Part shown: positions 12,106 to 23,149 of the stretch, piece after piece
Position numbering within the stretch: the stretch's first letter is position 1
Layout of the letters: each line of letters begins with the position of its first letter
DNA from: Oopsacas minuta
Lineage: Eukaryota > Animalia > Porifera
Reading direction: 5' to 3'
Length of the DNA stretch: 46,318 nt
NCBI GenBank assembly: GCA_024704765.1
Contig: JAKMXF010000053.1
Span: 1-46,318, forward strand
Translations under genes and position numbers: made by a program
Notes under the pieces: model-generated
What the model was told of the DNA's origin: nothing
The model's input: only the letters and a program-made list of their open reading frames with translations
Database searches by the model: none

Positions 12106-13947
12106 ATGATCCGTCTTTTGGTTTTGCCACACATTGCTTCTTTCAATTCGATGGTTGATATGCTTGAACTTATGGCTAGAAATTTACCCAGCCTAGAATT
12201 CAATGGATATCCAGGAAAGAGAACTTTGTTTTTTATTGATGATCTTCGATTTGGTTTTTCTGGTGATAAGCCCAATAGTTTATCTGATTCGACTAATTCA
12301 GGAATGTCCCCTTCAGAATGTAAACTAAGAGGTCAGTCATATATAGGATGGATGAAATTATCCTGGTGCCTTAGTGAGGATGGAATTGTTATTTGTCAAT
12401 CTCATAAGTTCATTGATCAGATTCCTATTATGGTTATGTCTAAACTGTGTATGCTCCATAAACTTTCTGGATATGAATTGATGCAGCATGGGGAAGAAGA
12501 GAATGAAGCTGGGGGCTATTTTATTGTTAATGGTCAAGAAAAACTTATACGTTTATTAGTGGTGCAAAGGAGAAATTTTCCGATTGCCCTTATTCGTGAT
12601 GCTTGGAGGCAAAAAGGAGATATATTCTCCAACAAAGGGATATCTATTCGATGTGTTAATAGTGACTTCTCTGTATCTATTATGATTGCTCATTATCTCA
12701 ATAATGGTTCGTGCTCACTCTCAATATCTAGAGGAGGGCAAATATTCTATTTTCCATTAATCTATGTGTTAAAAGCTCTGATCGATGCCAGTGATTTTGA
12801 AATATTTCAAGAATTAATGGCATTTACTCCTGAGAATGACTTCTTAGAGGCTTGTATAATTTCTATGTTGAGAACTTCTTTGGAAAAAGGTTTATCAACA
12901 CAATGTGATTTTCTGAATTATCTGGGTAAGATCTATCGTATAAAGATGGAAGTTCCGGAGTGGTATAGTGATATTGTTGTAGGTCGTTTGTTCTTAAGTG
13001 AATGTGTTTGCATTCATTTAGATGATTCATTTGATAAATTTTTACTTCTTGTTGAATTATGTAATAAACTTTATGCCCTCGCACAGGGCAAGATATCTCC
13101 AGATAATTTGGATTCACCTATGTTGCAGGAGGTTCTTCTTCCTGGATCTATTTTCCTATCCGTTCTACGATCAGCGGTGATTAATTGGATGAAGACCTTA
13201 CGTTCTGAATTCGAAAAGCAAATGATTCGCAAAGCTAAATTCGATCGTGAAGAGTTTCTCACCTCAATAGTAAATTTTTCTGATATCTCCAGTAATATCT
13301 CCAATCGCATATCTAGTTTTATAGCTACAGGTAATGTTTCCCGTGATGTTTTGGGTATTCCTCAGTTCAAAGGCTTAACTATTCTTGCTGAACGTGTAAA
13401 TTATCATCGATATCTGTCACACTTTTGCAGTATTCACAGAGGACATTTCTTTACAGAAATTCGTACGACCTTTGTTCGAAAACTACTTCCTGAGGCTTTC
13501 GGATTTCTGTGTCCAGTTAATACTCCTGATGGTAGTCCATGTGGGCTGCTAAACCATATTTCCAAATCATGCTATATTACTACAGAATTTGAGTGTGTCG
13601 ATGATCTTAAAGGTTTTTTGGTTCAGAAAGGTATGAAGCCTATTCAAGAATTATCTCGCCGAAGCTATCTTTCACTAAATGAGGATAAATGTATTAGGAT
13701 AATACTCGATGGGTGTGTTATTGGTTATTGCTCAAATTTAGACACGAAGCATATCGTCCTATCACTCAGAAATCTCAAAATTTCGGCAGATTCTTCTATC
13801 TCACATTACCTGGAAATTTCTTGTTCTCCTTCCCAATTTGGGAGCATTTTCCCTGGTCTATATATTTTCTCAACTCCTGGAAGATTTATGCGACCTTTGG
13901 TAAATATACACGAAAATAGTGTAGAGTTTGTTGGATCATTTGAACAG
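12106..13947 (+). CDS. POLR1B: RNA polymerase I second-largest subunit, N-terminal coding exon (~614 codons); remainder not found in window
   Basis: PHIASFN, IPIMVMSKLC, GGYFIVNGQEKLIRLL, RRNFPIA, QEVLLPG, ATGN, RYLSHFCSIHRG, RKLLPEAFGFLCPVNTPDGSPCGLLNH and FPGLYIFSTPGRFMRP...EQ match RPA2/Rpa135 rather than RPB2 or RPC2. Similarity ends at GAACAG|GTATAC, a phase-0 donor; the raw ORF stops at 13959. Confidence 0.93.
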
Positions 13948-14057
13948 GTATACAATTAACGTCTCAATAACGTTTTATGCTAATGTTCTCTGTTGATATA
14001 GGTTTACACCAAATTCGTCAGTTTAACAATTCAATTTATGTGACTGAATTCTATATC

Positions 14058-14250
14058 CAGTCAATATTCGGTAACTCGAACATTCGCTATCTCAAGCATG
14101 TATTCGCTGCCTTTTGTTCTACTTTTTGCACTTATCGCATCCGTTACAACAATCTTTCGCTAGCTCGCGCAAATTTTGATTTCCCCTAAGGGCTCAAATT
14201 AATTTAATTTAACTTTCTACTCGACTCTATATTCTTGCTAAGTTAATTCC
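14058..14250. mobile_element. pogo/Tigger-like MITE fragment
   Basis: Starts CAGTCAATATTCGGTAACTCGAACATTCGCTATCTC, a typical Tigger-type end with repeated TCGAA-like motifs. Right end unclear. Confidence 0.35.
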
Positions 14251-15628
14251 ATAGCTGACTATGGCATTAGAATTCCAATTTTGAAACTCGGTAATGAAAT
14301 ATTTAATACATTTATGCTTTCAAAGTTTATACCATTGTCCTAAGCACTTGCGTAATCTTTGGAATGGTAGGAGAGCATGCTCCCTTTAAGTTTACCTAGT
14401 GAATTTCTGATTGTCCTTTTGCTCAATGCGCAACTGGATATACTTCGCACTTTTCAGAAAAAATAATGCTTGAAATTTCATTAATTCAGTATCAACTCCT
14501 GCCTCCTGTCGTGACACTAAACATCCACCCAGTTTTGCACATTCACTTTGGGACTACGTGCCTCGGTTAATCTAAGCCAGTGTTTCATAACCAGGACTAT
14601 TAGCTTCTCTAGTGTGCTGAAATAATTTATTGCGTGCTGAAAGAACTTTCTGATATGTTCACGGGATGATGTGACCCTAAAAATTGGCATGCTGGGTATT
14701 TGCTGCCCTAGCCTTTTGACTTAGTCCGCAAAATCAGTTTAACATTCTTCATTTATAGACCATGGTTGGCTCAGAATGTCAATTTTTCCAATTTCACATC
14801 CCCTAGCGTTAGGGTTGTTTATTTGATCAAACCTAACTCAGGTTGTGTACTATCTCTATACAGGTGAGTCATCACAATTCATTTCAGCAATATTCAGTTA
14901 AGGTTCAAGATGAAATGGGTGTAAAAATTTGTTCTGGCAAAAACTCTATCTTTCAAAATGGATTACTATATAGGCATATATTTATGTATTTGAAACTTGT
15001 ATCTACAAAACATATACAGCAGACCTATATATATACCAAATTTCCAATTTATGTCTCGTTTTGGGCAATCACTGTTTTGATTAATTTTATTCATTATTCT
15101 CTGTGGTAATGAATGTGTTTATAATAAATTCGGATCTGGCTAGGGCTGAAAATATAGGCGTGTTGCGACCTCTAAGTTATACCATAGCTTAATATACATA
15201 AGTTTGAACAGTAAATTGTCGATTTCTGGACCCTGGATACGTTAGCCGATATAGCAAATGACAAATGATTTCTATATTGTTCACCCGGTACATTTTTGCC
15301 ATAAATGTGCATTGCATATTTGTATAACAACAAGTATCAATCATTATATGTTAGACTTCTGGTGACGAAATATGTGTCTAGTAACCATATATTTGGTAAG
15401 ATATGCCTCTCATCGCTGCCTTAAAAATTGTTAAATATGCAATCTTTCATTTCATGGTGTATATATGAACTTATTCGTAGGTACTTTCTTACAAAATATC
15501 AAGACTTTGTAAAACAAAGGTGGCGTATTCTAGAGTACAGTAGAGACCAGGAATGTCTAATTTGTATGAATTTATACTATCAAAACGCAATTCATCTATG
15601 TGTATGTGTATGTGTTTACGCTTATATA

Positions 15629-16163
15629 CTAGTGCGCTTCGCTTGCCAGGTCTATGCGCGGCAGAATATAATCAGCACCAAGTGCCTTGGGTATAAAACA
15701 GAGATGAGTGTAAATTTTTATCATTCATGACTCATCTAAATTACATTTAATGGTCTTAGTTAGTAACACTGGCGCTCCTACGTGCCTTTGGTTAGTGATC
15801 CGCCACTTCGCGCCCTCGTGTATATAGAAATTCTAAAATTCTCGAAATTGGTAAATTTTCAATTTTTGAACAGTCATGATGACGTTATAATTTAATGGTT
15901 AGATGCAATTGGCATATTGCGGGGTACCTGTGATTCAAATTTCAAACTTCTATCATTTACATTGGATGAGCAGTGGTTAGTAATGTGATATTTTGAAAAT
16001 TCAAAGATGTGACAATGACGTCATAATTTCTTCATATGTGTGACTTTTCCTCCAAGACTCTAACTTGTTCGTGCCAGGCCCAAAATTATCCTCTATAGCA
16101 AAAATCAGTCCTGTTTATCTTCCAGTTTCTTCAATCATTTCTGGACATACATTAACAAATATA
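15629..16163 (-). mobile_element. Non-autonomous Helitron-like element, copy B; its 5' TA-rich end is interrupted by the Mutator-like element
   Basis: On the minus strand the 3' end reads GACCTGGCAAGCGAAGCGCACTAG|T. The body is homologous to copy C up to CCAGTTTCTTCAATCATTTCTGGACATACATTAACAAATATA. Confidence 0.7.
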
Positions 16164-16880
16164 CGAGTGTTATCTTAGCAGCCGATTCAAATCGCCACTA
16201 AAACACCTTTTTCTCAAAAAGTTTGGGTTCTATTTTGAAAAAAACCATACCAGTGTAAAGAAGAAAGTTGGTACATTTCATATCATCACTCATAATCGCC
16301 AAATTTTATATGATGAGTAAGCAATTTTGCATTACATTTTAGTCGAGGTTTTTTATTAATATCTTCTGAAATAATTGTGATAACAACTTATCATTTTAAT
16401 CATATTCACATCTCACTTGGTACATTGTGTATATCCAATTTGAAACTTAAATAATTATTTTTGAAAAAGTTATGAACGCCTGAACTTTACATAGGAATTA
16501 CATGGACGACCGGTTTTTACTTGGTGATTTGTATGCTTTGTAGCTATGTATTGATTACTTGAATATTCTTAGTGTAAATTTACTTATGATGACTAAATTC
16601 TTGGGGTCAAATGTATTCCTTCCCAATTATTAGGACCAGTTATGTCAGTTTAGATTTTGAACTTTTTATTAAATTAAGAATGTAATATCAATCAACAAAT
16701 ATTTGTAACACCGTAATTGATTTATTTCGTTTCCCACAACCTTAATACTTTTGATATTCTTTAACTTTATTTTATTTCAACTTCATTTCTTCCACAAATT
16801 TTCTTCATACAACCGTCCTACTAAATTTCATTTCAATTCAATCATGCGAGTATCTTTCTTAATAATTTTGTAATGTTACA

Positions 16881-17058
16881 CAGTCAACTCCCGGTATATC
16901 GAACATGGACATTTAGAAATCCTGGCTATATCGAAGTCTGAAATATACGAATATAGTCACAAATCGTTAAAGAAACATAAATGTCATCGGTTATATCGAA
17001 TCCGCGTATATAAAGTGTTTATTGCGGCCCCTTGTTTCCGATATAAGGGGATTGGCTG
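16881..17058. mobile_element. pogo/Tigger-like MITE (178 bp)
   Basis: Imperfect TIR CAGTCAACTCCCGGTATATCG vs CAGCCAATCCCCTTATATCG; internal TATATCGAA repeats; TA on the right, CA on the left. Confidence 0.6.
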
Positions 17059-17105
17059 TAGTTATATGCAAATGTGTTAGAAAATTAGTCGTTCTTTTTG
17101 GCATA

Positions 17106-18412
17106 CAGGGTGGCCAATAAGTTCTGGCACATAGAAAATCTACTATAATTTAACTAATATTCATTATATTGAGTTGATATTTTAGCATAAGTAGTTAGGC
17201 ATTATGAGTTTTATGGTGCACTATCTCTATTCTATGTATTCGCCTTTCTTTTTGATAACAGCCTTCATACGCTCGAGGACTGCCCACACTGCGGTACGCA
17301 GGATCTCCTGTGGGATTTTTGCCCATTCTCTCGTCAGAGATTGCTTTAGAGACTCAATACTGTTATGGGACTTCGAGCAAGCACTTGACTCTAAAATGGA
17401 TCACACTGAGAAATCTAGAGGGTTAAGGTCGGGCTAGACGGCGGCCATTCTACCTTTGAGATAAAGTCAGGAATATTTGTCTGAAGCCATTCCTAAGTAC
17501 TGTTTGCTGTTTGGGCAGAAGCACCGCCTTGTTGGAATATGAACGGCTGGTTTTCAATCATCATCTCACCAAGATCTTTCACAATAGGCTGTAAAATGAG
17601 CTCCTTATTCGTGCAGCATTTATTTTGACCCCTGCAGGGACGAAAACCAGTGGTGTCCGACCAACAGAAGATACTCCGGCCCAAACCATCAACGAGAGTG
17701 GTTTCTGGACTCTTTTGACCTACCTGTACTCACCAGGGATGGTAGAAGTGCTTTTAGATAATATTCTATCGTTTTGACTATTGAATTCCGGTTCAACGGT
17801 GAAAAGCCTTTTCATCGGAGAAAAGGACTTGATCCAGTCCCTGGGCTGGGAATCGTGTATGCAGGACTTTGCTTCTTGAGAGCTTCTTTGTCTTTATTTT
17901 GTCTGAAGGAAATGGACTTTCCTTTTCTTGAACGAAGATAGCCCTAAGTCTCTCTTGACAATTGTTTGAAGAGATCTACGGGATATTTTCAGTTCTTTAG
18001 CCATTTTCTGATCGATCGCTGAGGATTTCGCTACACTAGACTCCGCTCTACCTTTCGCATCTTTACGGTCGTGATGGAAACCGGGCGACCAGTTCTGGCT
18101 CTGTCCATCACGCCACCAGTCTTATTGAAGCGTTTTATCGTACGGATTACGAAATTCTGACGTGTCTGTGGAATTTTTACAAGTTTGATTATTTCTTTTG
18201 TTTTTCCCTTTTTGAAATAATTCAACAATCGCCGACTGTTCTTTCTCCATAGCTGATAATTTGTTCCTGGTTTTCAAATAGTGTATTTTTCAATGAATAT
18301 TGTATTGCGAGAGATAACAGAATAAATACAAACCAGTAACGTTAATCAATCTAAATCATGAAAGATTTTGGTATGATATGAAGTTATGTGCCAGAACTTC
18401 TTGGCCACCCTG
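17106..18412 (-). mobile_element. DD37D (maT/Bmmar1-like) Tc1/mariner element, 1307 bp, defective; transposase 18250->17227
   Basis: 28-bp TIR CAGGGTGGCCAA(T/G)AAGTTCTGGCACATA; TA TSD. Minus-strand RTGRP, MVWAGVS, FQQGGA (D mutated), EWPPSSP..DLNPLDFS with 37-residue spacing. Frameshifts and stops. Confidence 0.93.
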
Positions 18413-18436
18413 TAGATTGTGGTCTTACTTCCAACC

Positions 18437-21400
18437 ATGACATCTCTGGAACAATTTGTCACTGCAATTACCCAACTGGGCTACAATGATTTTGATAAAC
18501 TTAAGGTAGCCTTGGATAACGGAGACAGGCGAAGGGCAAAGTCAGTATGGGGAAAGTTATCCATTCTCACATTCAATAAGAATATGCCAAACACTCGTGC
18601 TCCTCTCTACTTAAAATGGAAACTAAATCGCAATCATTTTCAGGATCATATAAAACAAAGTATGGAAGGTAACAGCCGTAAGTTGAATAGCCATTCCGGT
18701 ACTGATATATTCCAGTTGGCTGTAGAACACGTTAGCACCAGGTTAGATTCAGATAGTATTTATGTTAATAGTTTAGATCCTAGTAATATTAGTAGTAGTC
18801 AATTAGACACAGATTTTAGTGTAGATAGCTTGGAGCGAGAAGTGTCAAATAGCAAATTCTTAGGCTTATTTGCATCTGGTTGCGAACAACCTGAACTATA
18901 TAGTTTGAAGAGTACCCTGTCTTCTTCTCCTCCTCAGACTGAGGTCACCGATACCCTCTTTTGGACGTACATTGATTGTGATAATCTTCTATGGTTAAAC
19001 GCACTGAAATTTTTAGGGTCAGAATGTCCTCGCATTAGTGGCGAATTCATGCTCATTAATGGGATAATCTATGAGGAGTGCAAATAATTTAATGAGTTTC
19101 TATATGAGCACCTAAGAAACTTCAGGCTTGTTAAGAGAGATAGTTGCTTATTAGAAGCATGGATATTAGTTGGCAACATCAACTGTCGAATTTTGGATTT
19201 GTTTGGAAGTGCTTATCTCATTATCACAGTTGCACAACTTGATGAATTTCTTAACTTTGCTTTATCCATTCGAGAAAATATGGATCTAATATTTTCATTT
19301 CATTCAACTCTATCAGAAAAACTAGGCACGGTCAACTCTTCAAAAATTCCGTTGTTAGTTGATTTACATCCAAACATGTTATCTAAACTTGCACTTGATA
19401 TTGGTCACTCAGAAACTAGTGTTGTTATCAATAAATATAACGTTAATCATGTGTCACTTGTCCCAACCCTAGCTGATGGTGATATTCTGAATGAGGTAAT
19501 CATTGACGAATCCAGCACTATGGAACAAAGTACGGGTAGCTTTTGACTTAACTTTATAGAATGGGAAAATATTACTAGAATCGTGGGTGATCATGTTATA
19601 CTTTCAAAAGACTGGACTAACTTATTTAATTCCAAATTGGAAGGAATATTTCATTGTGCACTTTGTTTTAAATACCACAAAATAAAGAAATCTAAAAGTA
19701 GAAAACTGAACAGTTGTTTTTTTAGAGCAAATGCAGAGTGTAAATTTCGCAATTGTTTACTTTTACATTTATTATTAACAAGAATCCTCTTGAAATACAC
19801 ACTAATGATTGTATTATCGCGAATTACATAGTTTCTGGTATTTTATCTGATGAACATTTAAATAATAATATTGTTTACGCAAGAAATTTGTGTAATTCTA
19901 TTAGGTTAAAAGTAGCAACACAAATAGCAAACACATCTGTAAGTAGATATTTCTATAACCAATTCGAGTCTACAGAAAATAGAAATTTAGCGGTTAATTT
20001 CGGCAATCTAAACAAAATTAAAAGCGCTGCTGTATTAAGGAAGGCAAAATTTGATTTGTCAAGTTAACAGAGGTTCTCTAATGATAATTGGAGTGAATTG
20101 ATTAGTTTACAATAGTATTATCGGAATGTTATAGTGGGTAGTAATGTTAGAGGTTACATTTAGTCATTAGGACATAACCCCTTTATTATTCATTTATATA
20201 CTGAAGACCAAATTAAAATATTAAAATGTTTTAAAGATAAAAGCATAATTCTTCACTTAGATGCTACTGGTTCAATCATTCGAAAGATTGAACCTTCCCA
20301 GCACAAAGTATTTTATTATGCTCTCACAGTACAACATCCAACTTGTTCTACCAGTCCCGTACCTCTGGCAGAGATGATCAGTTCTGGTCATACTAGCGCT
20401 GAGATTAGTTATTTTCTACACAAGTGGTATCTTGATGCAAAGAAAATATTAGGTTATAATATTAACATAGGACAAATTGAGATAGATTTCAGCTGGACGT
20501 TAATTCATAGTGTGTGTAATGCTTTTCTTAAATATGACATCGATACATATCTTGATAAATGTTGGAATAGAGTGGATACAAATTCTGCCAATCAGGAACT
20601 AGGATTAAAATTGATTCTCCATTTATGTTCTGTCCATATAATGCATGGTATTGGCTTTCACATTAATAGGAAATTTAAGTTAAATAAAGAAGTGAGAAAG
20701 TTGTTTTTGTATTCCTTTGGATATCTGGTGCGTTGTACTAATATTACTCAAATAAGTTGTGTGTTTACTTCCTTGTGTTATGTGTTTAAGAGTAAATATA
20801 TGAATGAACATGTATTAACCAATATTAAAACATTAGAGTATTATATTAGTAACAGTTATTTGATTTAGATGATACAAATGAAAGTTTATACGATGGGGTA
20901 GTGATAATGATCCCATCTATATTAAGGATGGTAAGACCCTAAGAGACAGATCCCCCTTTGGCAAACATTTTGCATATGTAAGTAAACAATGTGAAATACT
21001 ATCAACAATAATCACACCAACGCATTTGATTCGAATCCTTGCTATTATCCTAGTCTTATAGAAAATATTTTAACTTACTACTTACCTATTCTGCTATTGT
21101 GGAGTGAAGTTATATTAGGCCCCCACATTGTTTCAGTTGGAAATAATTATTCGTATTATAGTAACGCCATTGTAGAGAACTGGATGCGTATAGTTAAATT
21201 AGATATTTTGAATTCGAAATCAAATTTGAGGCCTGGAGATTTCATTAGAGTATTATATCCTGGTATAACTAGTAGAATTTCCGCTTTCAATTTTGCTTTT
21301 CATCCCAGAGCTGATAAAATTTTTAAAGTCGTAAGCAAATAAGAGATATTTCAGAAGAAAAATGTAGTGAAGAATGGTCCAGGAAAAAGAAACAGCCTTG

Positions 21401-22164
21401 TGGCTATTTAAAGTCGAAAACATATGAATTTCCTCAATTTAATAGAGATAAAACTGTAGTAAAAGATAAATTAATCCCTATTAAGCATCAGAAGTTGTCT
21501 ACCTTACGTATGATTTGCAAATCACCAGAAATTATGACTGCGCCAATTAATACTGATGAAGAATTGGTAGAGTCAGGTATAATAAGATATATTATACCAA
21601 GCTTTCGTCCACCACACATTGAATGGCAAATTGCTATCTGTAAGAAATGGAAACTACATTATAGTAATCAGATTGTCTGTTCTTTGAATAATTTAATTGA
21701 TAATAGTGTATAATCCCGGAACAACAGAAACATTATCAGGTGATGGAAACTGTTATTTTTCTACAATTTCTTATCTAATAACAGGTAGTAAAACCTAGCA
21801 TAAAGAATTACGGGCAATTAGTGTTGAAAACATGCTTGGTAAATTAAGTGCGAGTTGTAATGTGTTTTTGCGTACTAAGTATGTTAATACTCAAAGTAAT
21901 TTTAGGAATATTCAGGATTGGGTAAATAAAATAGGGATGAATAAGGTTGGGAAACGGGCTACTGACTTAGAGGTATTTGCAACTTCGTTGTTATTTAATA
22001 TAGATATTTGGGTGTTTTTGGGCCCTACTGGAAGTCGTTGAGCTGGGTTTCCAGGTATTGGATCAAGTTTTGATCAATTATTAAAGGAGCCAATTTCAAA
22101 TGGTTTGTATATTCAGAATTTAGGTAATCATTACCAGCCCATACTATCTCTAATTTATTATTAA
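18437..22164 (+). pseudogene. NOF-like Mutator-superfamily transposase with C-terminal OTU-like cysteine protease domain, degraded
   Basis: Successive fragments: C-x4-C...H WRKY/GCM1-like region (ANAECKFRNC), LHLDATGS, PVPLAEMISS, EIDFSWTLIHS, HLCSVHIM, YSNAIVENWMRIVK. Then SGDGNCYFSTISY, ATDLEVFA and NLGNHYQP in one frame, interrupted by stops. Confidence 0.8.
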
Positions 22165-23149
22165 TAGCAATCCAATCATTGGTTTCAATTTATGGCAGCG
22201 AAAATTATATATTTACCAACAAGATTATTAGTGAAACAATAAATATTCTGTATGAATTAATCTTGAATATTTTGTGAGATCTCATCTAAATATGTAAATT
22301 GATTGTGACAAAAATCACAAATGTAAGTATATACGTATATGTATCGACAGTTGGATTATATGGAACAATTTTATGACCTTTTCTCTAACCAAGATGCGTT
22401 TTAAAGCTGGATTATAGTACGCAGCATTTGGAAACTAACACAACACCAATATGCAAAGTTCTGGGAGAGATTTTCATAGTAAAGTAAACAACGAACATGA
22501 AATCTATATTCTTATCCTTACAATTATCTTAATCAATCTAGGAATTATATCTTCAAATCTCTCTTACAAACGTTTATTTTACAATTTGTACAAATTTGAA
22601 TCAGAAAGAAGTTACTATCTATTTTTTGGAGCATTCATTTGGAGACCCATAACCTGGAGTTAACTCTCGATTCTCTTGCCATTCTGGCATTAATAATTAC
22701 AAATCAAAGTGTTGAACGTCTCTTAAAATCTTATTTGGTCAAGGCATTTGTTACTCATCCTTATACGTATAGCTGTAAAGATTTTGCATAAATAGTACCA
22801 CCTGTTCTAGGTTTAGCCTGTTCTAATAGACAAGGTAAATTCGATCGGTATTTCTCATTAGTTCATCAATCAGTTCAATACAGAAAAGATGAACAGACAA
22901 ACTGTAATATTAATTAGTATCTTGTAATACTTTTCAATTTGCTTACTCTTTTCTTTCAAAAAGCAATGTTTTGTATAATGTATGGTAACTGTCATTACAA
23001 TGGTGTTGTGTTATTTATTATATTTCAAATATCTTCTGATTAATATTTAGTAACCACAATAGAATTGGAACTATAGAATTGAAAATGATACTAAATGCTT
23101 ATCATAATTTACGTACACTGTAATGTCATACATACTTTATTATTTACAG

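Noticed and set aside
12005-12155. Overlapping frame reading INDPSFGF, similar to human POLR1B TDPSYGI, suggesting a frameshifted start
   Set aside because: The same bases already encode MIRLLVLPHIASFN in register with LQELTRAHVESFN, so the match is most likely coincidence.
13977-14189. 70-aa ORF right after RPA2 as its next exon
   Set aside because: No RPA2 motif in any frame; most of it is a pogo-like MITE sequence starting at 14058.
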